The translations under genes were made by a program, and so were the position numbers. Of a DNA stretch of 64,000 nucleotides, positions 54,420 to 64,000 are shown in pieces. Position 1 is the stretch's first letter, and every line of letters starts with the position of its first letter. A model generated the notes under the pieces. That model ran no database searches, was not told the origin of the DNA, and worked only from the letters and a program-made list of their open reading frames with translations. This stretch comes from Phoronis australis (Eukaryota > Animalia > Phoronida), in the NCBI GenBank assembly GCA_002633005.1, contig NMRA01000376.1:66410-130409 (forward strand), written 5' to 3'.

Positions 54420-55565
54420 TTATAATAATACAATGATTATACAATTCGATTTCAGTTAGGAGGCCTTGAAAGGTTATTGACCGCTAACAAGAAGGTCCCC
54501 TAGTGTACGAAATAAATAAATGGAAATGCAAAAATCAGACTGAGGAATATGTGAGGAAGCCATATATATAACATACTTAACAAAACAAAGTGTCGAATTA
54601 GCGCTGAAAACGACCGACACGCCAGGAACCAAAAAGTGGACTGGCACATCTCAGGAGATTTTGGGCCCGGGAATACAATTAGATACTGTTACATATGAAG
54701 CAATCGGATATATGACAAACTGGATCGTAGTTGCTAATAATAAAATTGGTTAAGAACTTGAATGCTGGCAAAGAATGTTTTTATTATCGTGATTTATAGC
54801 AGAAACTGGTATTTCGTTGTTGTTTATAAGTCGAGGAATTTCAAATTTAATACAGGCTCTTGATGACAATTTGTTGGACGGAGGAATTAAAATTTTGGGT
54901 TGTATTGTCGGAATAGCAGCTGAGTATTGATTCAGGTATGTAGGAGTTTTAATGTGTCTGGTTGGTTTATGTTGGATGGGTTTACTAAAGAAGTTGTTAG
55001 TGTAAAAATATTTAGAAAGCTGATTATTGAGGAATTTGTAGTAAAATTTTGCAGTTGAGATTTTAAAGATGTCTTGAAGTAGAGAGAGGCGAAGTTCCTT
55101 ACATATGGGCAGAGAGTGAGTATTATAACTGGAATTTGATATATTCCGAAGGATCCTCTTCTGGGCTGTCTGGAGCTGCCAAAACCCCAAGTTGCAATGC
55201 CATAGTTTAAATGTCAGTGGGAGGACAAATGAATTATATATTAACTTGAGAGCTGGAAGAGGAAGATAAGTTTTCAATTTATATAAGAGTCCACCGAGAT
55301 TGTTCAGTTTGTTTGAGATGAGGTTTATGTGGGGCGACCAGGGGTTTTTGTCAACGGTAATACCAAGGAAAAGAAAACTGTTTTCATGACATATGGTTTT
55401 GCTATTTATATAAATGGTGGGAATAATACATTTTTCAATTTTCTTTTGAGGGTAGTGGAAGATCATTAATTTACTTTTTGATGTGTTAATTGAAAGTTTG
55501 TTCACGGAAAACCAGTCTGAAATAGATTTAAGGTTGTTGTTGATGGTGGTTGATTGCTTTAAAGT
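54420..55565 (-). mobile_element. 5'-truncated non-LTR retrotransposon (L2/CR1/Crack-like), C-terminal RT region plus 3' UTR
   Basis: LKSISDWFSVNKLSINTSKSKLMIF, FLFLGITVDKN.W..HI, LKLIYNSFV, QKRILRNI are typical post-YADD ORF2 motifs; frameshifted. Confidence 0.85.
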
Positions 55566-55569
55566 GTTT

Positions 55570-55765
55570 GGCACTAGCATATGCGGGGCTCGGGAGGCGA
55601 ATGCACAATGCATAGGCCTTGAATAAACCCTTTTTTAGTGATAAGGTCCACAAACCCAAAAATTCGAGACCCCCTACATCCCCACATTTTAAGCTGGGCG
55701 CTTAAGGCGAAATTCTGCTTATTCCTGTGCCTCCCCCCCAACTCAAAATCCTAGATCTGCCCCTG
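55570..55765 (+). mobile_element. MITE family B, partial copy
   Basis: Aligns by eye with 60690-60899; ends AAATCCTAGATCTGCCCCTG. Confidence 0.75.
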
Positions 55766-56508
55766 GTACGCAAGTCTAAATTCCAGAAAAAACGTCTATT
55801 TTACCTCAATCTGATACCTCCGGTCACTAAAGTCGAATACTTGATAGGGCATTGCAATATATCACATGTAGAAATTTCCAAATCTGATTTCTAAAAGTCA
55901 ATGTGAAAACTGAGGACCAATTCACCTAATCGTAATTTATGTATATGAGGCGAGGTCCTGTTGGTGCACTGATGACTTGCCACGTCAGTACAGTTGAAGC
56001 ACTGATGTCTCGATCTAGCGATACCGTAGACATATGTCAACCTCTGAGTGACTCTTCCTACTGAAACAATATCTACACTGGTCGGAGTTGCTTAGTTTTA
56101 GTACAGAGCTGTAGGCCTACATGCCAGTGCGCCTACTTACGCAATAATGTGCCGTTTTCATCAAAGCAGTTGTTTGCTCGGTTCGAAGTCAGTTGTCCTT
56201 ACAGTGGACACGGCTAGGCAGCAACCATTTGTTAGCGTTTGTAAAGTATATAAGTCGCTGTATAATGTATTTCTGTGCATTTCTTAATTACTTCTGGATG
56301 TTTCAGTAGTGAGATAATCACCCAGTCTTTGTACCGTCTTCTAAGATTTAAAATATACTTTAAGTCTAACATTTTGCAACGGATAATGCAAGATACATTC
56401 ACATAATATACAATATATATGCTCCTTAGTTTTACTCAATTATTTATGTAGCTCTGCGTTCCTAATTCCAGATACAGACACAGTCGCATGGGCCTGATCG
56501 ATAGGCAA

Positions 56509-57707
56509 TTAACATATGGTACTTTTAGTCATACCTCCAACAGCCTTAAATGTAATCAAAATAATGTTTTTGATAGCACCACAAAAAGTGTCTACAATAT
56601 TGGCGTCATCGTCAGATTGCATGATGTCTTTGGAGAGGCCATCAAAGAGATCCTTGTCATAACGTTCCGCTGCAACAACGTTGTTACGAGCGCTGGTCGC
56701 CTCTGAAAAAACAATGTACAATACCCACGAGAAAGCAACACCAAATCCCGCGCGCCTACGAAATTGCTCAACCAAGAGCTCGTACGTGAAACAACTGGGG
56801 ACTCTCACACCCGCAATGTTGACAACGCTGACAAATTTGGCGCAGTAATCTCGGAGAACTGTATCCAGATATTGCCTACGAAACGCTTCAGTTGTGCTCA
56901 TGAAAATCATGGTAACCAAATCCACTGCAGGCGATCCCTTCCTCACCATCTGTAAGTCGATGAATTTGAAGTCGGTCACAATTTTACTTCCTTGCAAAGA
57001 GTTGGCATATTTGAAAAGCATATTTCCACTGAGGCCTGAAATCTCGGTGATATAGCACGTTGAACTTGGAATCAGGTGCAAAGGCTAGCTCGCTCATATA
57101 TTCCAGATACATCCATCGACTGATGCTTGTCGAGAACACAATGCATGTCTTTGTTGCTGATTTTATTTCGTACAACGTTGAGGCAAACATCAAAGTTGAA
57201 CTTGACTGGCTTTTTGAATATTCTCATCATCGGACCATGCAGGGGCGTATCTCTCCTGAAAGAGAGCCTCGTAATCAGTTCTAAGATTATTAACCGAGCC
57301 CTGACCTAAGGCCAAGGAGAGCGCGTGGAATGTGGCCAGTCCTTCGACAGCAAGTTTGCAATGCTCCTTATCAAATTTGCCGTCTAACGTGGTGACAGAA
57401 AAGCCTTGTGTGGAGAGATCCTCCAGAGCCATGAATTAAACCCCATCACTTTGACTTTTGATAAGAGAAGGAGCCGGGACCCTTACGGATTGCGTTTTCG
57501 AGAATTTCTCCATCGCACATATGAGCTTTGCATAAGAAATTTCTTCTTTTTCACGAAGCATTTACCGTAACTCATTTTCAGTTGCATTGTCCATATGGCA
57601 ATCGTCTCGTTGTACAACAATTTTGAGAATCACTGAGCGCTGTTTAGTTTCGCCCTCTGTTGATACACTTGCAGTGACACCTCGGACCTTGGTGATGATG
57701 TCTTGTA
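56509..57707 (-). pseudogene. Ecdysteroid kinase-like (EcKL, PF02958-type) pseudogene, copy 1
   Basis: Paralog of 62304-63454 with an in-frame TAA (57562-57564), a further stop, frameshifts and a deletion. Retains LEDLSTQGF, LATFHALS, HRDFRP, FIDLQ, GSPAVDL. Acceptor TTTCAG ends at 57708. Confidence 0.88.
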
Positions 57708-59245
57708 CTGAAATGGTAAAGTGAAAATGTTTGCAGAACACCATTTCAAAAATGAATAAAAGTTTAAAGCCCGTGTCACAGTTTTCTTTTATTAAAATGG
57801 CATTAAACCCGTGCTTTCTGCTTGGAGTTAGGACATTTACGGTTATAGAATTGATCACTTTTTGAGACATTTATTCAGTCATACTCACAGACTTTATAAA
57901 AAGGCGGTAAAATTGAATTGGTATAAGTACGATCAAGCGCGCACCCAGGGGTGGGGGCTGGGGGGGAGGGTCGAACGAGTCCCCTAATTTGGCCAAGTGG
58001 GCAAAAAAGTCCACCTCCGAGAAATAAAAACTCCGAAAAAAGTACAAAACGAGACAAAAGTTCACTAAAACGGCAGGAACTACCTAAATTCGGCGAATGC
58101 ACAATTCATAGCTCTGAACGTTCCCCATGAATCTTAAGGTCCACATTTTCAAATATTCGAGCCCCCCATTTTTAGGCTGGGTGCGCGCATGACGAACAAT
58201 GTTAATTTTATCTGCTTCCCCAGTCACTCACATTCCCTTACAATTGGGGATCATTTTGGAGAATATATCCTGAATTTTGTAATACTCAAATATTTCTGTT
58301 TTAAGTAAATTGAAACGTGACAAATACGTGGTAAATCTGGCGATTTATATGATACTAGCCTAAAGTTATCATTTAATTACAAAAATTTTGGTCCTGCGAA
58401 TGTCCTGAAGAGCTACATGTATATCCTTCAAAATATAAGTTAAGGATAAATTACAGTAACTCTTTGACCTTGCCTTGTTTCTTACTCAGTTGAGAAGTGG
58501 TCTCTAGGATCAAGAAGAAGTGACAGATTGTTATTTCTTCAGAACAAACCAATAAAACTTCAGATTAGTTCTTTCTAAGCACGAAATCAGGCCAACGAAT
58601 CATACACCAAATATAATCGTGGTGGCGATTTGCCTTCCCAAGCTTCTACATGAGAAAGAAAAACTGAAATAGATTGGTCTCAATGGAGGTTATCATGCAA
58701 GAATCACATGAAGTAACGTTAATTGTTGTTAGTCTTCCTTTGAGATTGAAGTTTGGCGTTTAAATTCAAGTCTATTGGAAGAAATAGCACCCTTTGTTTA
58801 GACCAGTCCTGTTATCGTCTGTGGGAAAACAATGTTTTCACAAGAGCATTCTCAAATTTTCATTATTTCTTTTTGGTACAGTAGATGCTTACAAAAATGC
58901 TGCATTTTCGATTTTGCGCCAATAATTAATACATACTGAACATTACTTACATTCTAAGTGACGTCAACCTAGGGTAAAGGTTAACTAAAGCGTCCGTGAT
59001 CGCGTCATCTTGAACACAAGGGGTTCCCTAACCGTGGTGCCACTGACGGTGCCTGACATTGTCAGTACATGCGACTTCGTAATGACGTACACTTTGATCA
59101 CCAACGTCAACTGATTCTCTCAAACATGACATCCAATGAAACTCAAGCCAGGTTGAAGCGCAATTTGAGGCTAAAAATACCAAGGCACGATACCAGCGGC
59201 CAAAGGTCATTGCAGTCTTATTTACAAACGGTACAAACAGTACAC

Positions 59246-60393
59246 TTAAATGTCAACAAAGTAATGCCCCTCAACTGCTTCCTGAAAAGTTTGCACGATA
59301 TCGTCGTCGTCACCAGCATGCAAAATATCCTTACACAATTGTTCAAATATTTCTCTGTCGTAGCGATCTGCCGCTGCTATACTGCCACGTGCTGTTGTTT
59401 GCGAAAACACCATGTACATAATCCAAGAATAAACGACACCGAAGCCCGCTCTTTCGCGAAAGTGTTGCAGCAGCATATCGAAAGTAAAACAGTCGGGCAC
59501 TGCTACGTCAGCTCTATGAAGAATGTCGATGAACTTGGAGAAGTAGTCATGGAGAATCTTATCAAGATATTGCCGCCGAAAGGCAGCAGTCGTGCTAGTG
59601 AATAGCATGGCGACTAAATCAACGGCAGGCGATCCAACTGTGACGATTTGTAGGTCGATGAATTTAAAGTCTGATACAACCTTTTTTCCTACCGCAGTGT
59701 CAGCGTACTTAAACATCATGTTCCCAGGCTTGAAATCTCGGTGACACACCACGTTGAACGTGGAATCTGGAGCAAAAGCTCTCTCAAACAAATTTGACGC
59801 GTCCTTACATTCAAGCTTGTCAATGAACTCAAGCATCTTTTTCTCACTGATTTTCGTGCGAAGCACTTTCAAGCAGACATCCAAGTTGAATCTGGCGGCA
59901 TTTTTCATCGCGTTCGTCATGGGTCCCGGAGCGTCTCTTTCCAGAAACAAGATTTCATAATCATTTCGTAAATTTTCAACCGAACCCCGACCCAGTGCTA
60001 CAGACAGGGCGTGGAACGTTGCCAGTCCTTCAACAACGAGTTTGCAATGATCGTAATCTAATTTATCGTCATAAGATGTCACTCTGAATCCTTGCGCGGT
60101 GAGGTCTCCTAGTAAAATAAATTTGGTTCCCTCGCTTTCGCTCTTGATAAGCGAGGGTGCCGGAACATTAAGGAAACCACCTCCTCTAGTTACAATCTTC
60201 TCCATTGCTGGTATGAGTAGAGTATATGAAAGTTCCTCTTTTTCAAATAGCAACATTTCTCTCACCAGTTTCTCGTCCACGTGACAATCTTCTCTATTTT
60301 GAACTACTTTCACAACCATTGAGTACTGTTTCGTGTCACCCGCTTCAACCACGGTGGCGGTGATGCCACGAACTTTCGTTATGTAGTCTTTTT
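59246..60393 (-). CDS. Ecdysteroid kinase-like (EcKL / CHK-like) kinase, copy 2; large terminal exon, first exon not located
   Basis: Open frame with VVKV, LFEKEELSY, LLGDLTAQGF, LATFHALS, VCHRDFKPGNMMFKY, FIDLQ, GSPAVDL, FRRQYLDKILHDY. Begins at acceptor TTTCAG|AAAAAGAC. Confidence 0.9.
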
Positions 60394-60590
60394 CTGAAAT
60401 TGCATAGCAGACTTATATTGTGTCAAGAGTACATGTCCGCAGTGACTCAAACATTCTCAAGTTTACGGAGAATAAGTGACAAAGAATTAACATTCACGAG
60501 CATTACACTTCCTCGTATGTTAACAAAATAACACGATGCGTTACGTGACCAACCTAGGATCGTCTTATGAGGCCAGACAAGTCACTAAGC

Positions 60591-60899
60591 CAGTGGCGGA
60601 TTTAGGGGGAGGGGGGCAAGGGGGCCATGGCCCCCCCTAAAATTCTCCCAGATTCCATTTGGCAGTTTGGGGTGTGACTGATTTGCTGACTAGCATATGC
60701 GCGCACCCAGGAGGGCTCGGGGGGTGAATGCACAATGCACAGGCCTTGAACAAACCCCGTTTTTAGTAATAAGGTCAACAAACCCAAAAATTCGAGACCC
60801 CCTACATCCCTACATTTTAGACTGGGCGCGCGCATGAGGCGAAATTCTGGTTATTGCTGTACCCTGACCCCCCAACTCAAAATCCTGGATCCGACACTG
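60591..60899 (+). mobile_element. MITE family B, longest copy
   Basis: CAGTGGCGGAT...ATCCGACACTG flanked by TAAGC/TAAAC. A related fragment lies at ~57946-58200. Confidence 0.8.
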
Positions 60900-60945
60900 T
60901 AAACCACTATTTTTATTGATTCATTTTCATCATAATGGTTATTCT

Positions 60946-62178
60946 TTCTCACACACTAATCGTTTGGGCTAGGACCAAAATATTAATCTCAAAAATGTTA
61001 TGGAAGTAGTTTCTGATCTTGGGAAGAACTCTCGAATTTAAGCATTTTAGATGTAAATCTACACGTAACGCAGGCCCCAAGCTTAAGTGTGAACAAATTT
61101 GTGACTTGGTACAAGTGCTGTTTGTGAACTGCACGCCCAGAATTGAGCGATGACACTTGGGACTTCTAACAGCTGGTTCACGACTCTTGGAAATTTACCC
61201 ACTATTATATGTTGTGCGCCCAGCAGAATTAAGCAGAATACTGGCTGTGGACTGCTTTCAAGTTTAAGGTTATAAAAGTCATATCTCATGTCGGGTTTTC
61301 AAAATTCAAAAACCTAACCGTGTGTACGTTTCACGCACTATTAAAATAACTACTACTTAAAATCTTTGAAATTGAAAGTTTAAAAAATACTTAATTGTCA
61401 ACTCTCCAGTGTTTGCAACCATGTCTACTTAAATTAATCTCCACAGAACGACAACATCATCTAAAAGCCGGATGTGTTTTTGAAGAAGGTGGCGGATATT
61501 AAAGTTAGCGAACCGACAGAGTTGCCCAAACTCGATGGGTGATGGTGTCAGCGTAGAATGCTTNTTCTGACACACTAATCGTTTGTCTAGGACCAAAATA
61601 TTAATCTCAAAAATGTTATGGAAGTAGTTTCTGAGCTTGGGAAGAACTCTCGAATTTAAGCATTTTAGATGTAAATCTACACGTATCGCAGGCCCCAAGC
61701 TTAAGTGTGAACAAATTTGTGACTTGGTACAAGTGCTGTTTGTGAACTGCACGCCCAGAATTTAGCGATGACACTTGTGACTTCTAACAGCTGTTTCACG
61801 ACTCTTGGAAATTTACCCACTATGTTGTGCGCCCAGCAGAATTAAGCAGAATACTGGCTGTGGACTGCTTTCAAGTTTAAGGTTATAAAAGTCATATTTC
61901 ATGTCGGGTTTTCAAAATTCAAAAACCTAACCGTGTGTACGTTTCACGCACTATTAAAATAACTACTACTTAAAATCTTTGAAATTGAAAGTTTAAAAAA
62001 TACTTAATTGTCAACTCTCCAGTGTTTGCAACCATGTCTACTTAAATTAATCTCCACAGAACGACAACATCATCTAAAAGCCGGATGTGTTTTTTTGAAG
62101 AAGGTGGCGGATATTAAAGTTAGTGAACCGACAGAGTTGTCCAAACTCGATGAGTGATGGTGTCAGCGTAGAATTCTT
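60946..62178. repeat. Near-identical tandem duplication of ~620 bp joined at an N
   Basis: 60946-61563 repeats as 61565-62178 with scattered SNPs and small indels; single N at 61564. Confidence 0.9.
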
Positions 62179-62303
62179 TTCATGTGGTACAACAAGTACA
62201 AATGCGACAAAACGCAGCTGGGTATTCAGAAAATGAAATATTTTGCTCACAAAAAGTACGATATTCCGCAAAAAAAGAATAGGCTTACAACGACTGAACG
62301 TTC

Positions 62304-63454
62304 TTAAATATGATCAAAATAATGCTCCTTGACAGCACCACAAAACGTTTCCACAATGTTGACGTCATCGCCAGCATTTGCGATAGCCTTGCAAAGACCA
62401 TCAAAGACTTCCATGTCGTAACGTTCTGCCGCCGGAATGTTATTACGTGTGGTAGTCTTTGAAAATACTATGTACATAATCCAAGCAAAGACGACACCAA
62501 ATCCCGCCCGTTTCCGGAAATGCTTGAGTAGTAACTCGTATGTGAAGCAATCCGGGACTGCCAGATCTACCATGTTGAGAACGCTGACAAATTTGGCGTA
62601 GTAATCTCGCAGAACTTTCTCCAGATATTGCCTACGAAACGCCTCAGTCGTGCTCGTATAGATCATGGTAACAAGATCAACGGCAGGCGACCCCACTGTG
62701 ACGATTTGTAAGTCGATGAATTTAAAATCGGTTACAACCTTCCTACCTGTCTCAAGATTCACGTATTTAAACATCATGTTACCAGGTTTAAAATCTCGGT
62801 GACACATCACGTTGAACGTGGAATCTGGGGCAAAAGCTGTCTCAAACAGTTTAGATAGGTCCATTGACTGGAGCTTTTCGAGTTCAAAACGTGCATCGTT
62901 GTCGCTGATTTTCAGTCGGACAACGTTGAGGCAAACGTCTAAGGCAAACTTGGCGGCTGCTTTGAATATTCTTATCATAGGTCCAGGCGCGTATCTCTCC
63001 AGGAAGAGAGCCTCGTATTCAGTTCTCAGATTTTCAACCGAGCCCTGACCTAACGCTAAAGATAGTGCGTGGAACGTGGCCATTCCTTCGACGGCAAGTT
63101 TGCAATGATCGTAATCCAGTTTGTCGTCGAACGTGGTCACACAGAATCCTTGCGTAGAAAGGTCTTCCAGTAACAGGAATTTGATTCCATGAGCTCGTTC
63201 ACTTTTCATAAGCGACGGAGCAGGAACGCTAACTAGAGCTCCTTGTCTATTCGAAATTCTTTCCATCGCACGTATGAGCTTATCGTACGAAATTTCTTCT
63301 TTTTGGAAAAGCATTAATTCGTCTTCCATTGCTTCATCCATATGACAGTCGTCTCTTTGAACAACGACTTTGAGAATCATTGAGCACTGTCTGATGTCGT
63401 CTGCTGTTGAGACAGTTGCGGTGACACCCCGCACTTTAGTGATGACGTCTTGCT
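62304..63454 (-). CDS. Ecdysteroid kinase-like (EcKL / CHK-like) kinase, copy 3; large terminal exon, first exon not located
   Basis: Open frame with ILKV, LFQKEEISY, LLEDLSTQGF, MATFHALS, MCHRDFKPGNMMFKY, FIDLQ, GSPAVDL. Begins at acceptor TTTCAG|AGCAAGAC. Confidence 0.9.
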
Positions 63455-64000
63455 CTGAAAATGGTTCAGTGAAACGCTGTACGGAACACTCATTTCCTAA
63501 AGATAAATCTAAATCTTAAGTGTGCAATGAAGCGCACTTTATCGGTAGCCATTTAAAATCGCCAACCTTTTCAGATTTGAAATGTCAGGCAACCCTGTTT
63601 TCCTTTTCTCCAACACTATTACATTTAGAACATCACTTTGAGACGGCATTTTAGTGCGAGAGTTCTTTGCAATTCAAGGTACCATTCGCACGATGGTTGC
63701 GCCGGATCAAGGTTATTCGAGGCCCCAGAACGTGTGAGGGCGGGGGATCTAATCTAAGGCGGCTCGACTATAATCTCGTCTGTGGATAGAAACTAGAGGT
63801 CGGCATTCTTGGCTTTCTACGTCACAGTACTGATCTGCAATTTCAGAGATACAGCCGTAGACGCAAAAAAGCAAAACTGCCCCTAGGAGGCGCTAGAATA
63901 GCCCAAAATAGCNATCAGGAACACAGCCGTCAAATTTCATGATGATCCTTTGGGTGGTTTGACAGATAGAGAGGCAGTACAGTGATTTTAAATGGCCACC

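Noticed and set aside
59069-59605. 178-aa plus-strand ORF
   Set aside because: Mostly the antisense shadow of the EcKL exon; no recognisable motifs.
60394-60455. In-frame ATG upstream of EcKL copy 2 with one TAA, suggesting readthrough or an alternative genetic code
   Set aside because: The matching region in copies 1 and 3 has indels and an acceptor consensus. WDR59 has no internal stops and the kinases end in TAA, so the code is standard.
60946-62178. Tandem 620-bp duplication as a functional repeat
   Set aside because: The junction is exactly at an N and the differences look allelic, so it is probably an unmerged contig or haplotype overlap. Long reads would decide.

Overview
This is AT-rich animal genomic DNA, probably a bilaterian invertebrate (GT-AG introns, CORE-like SINE, many MITEs). 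A complete 26-exon WDR59 gene (GATOR2 subunit) fills the minus strand from 54308 to 16988; my hand-assembled model keeps phase throughout and gives 960 aa. Its introns carry an RT-deleted Gypsy LTR element with a tRNA-Trp PBS, a pogo-type transposon, a SINE and several MITE families. Upstream lie a LINE fragment and three tandem ecdysteroid-kinase-like (EcKL) units, two intact and one pseudogene. The main leads are: (i) the EcKL copies have a protein-kinase-style catalytic loop, HRDFKPGN; (ii) all three start at the same phase-1 splice acceptor with no first exon of their own that I can find, suggesting alternative terminal-exon cassettes or trans-splicing; (iii) candidate WDR59 microexons, one split by a TTAA-targeting MITE; (iv) a possible two-exon secreted amidated-peptide precursor at about 7.6-8.7 kb. 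All calls are by eye; no database searches were run.
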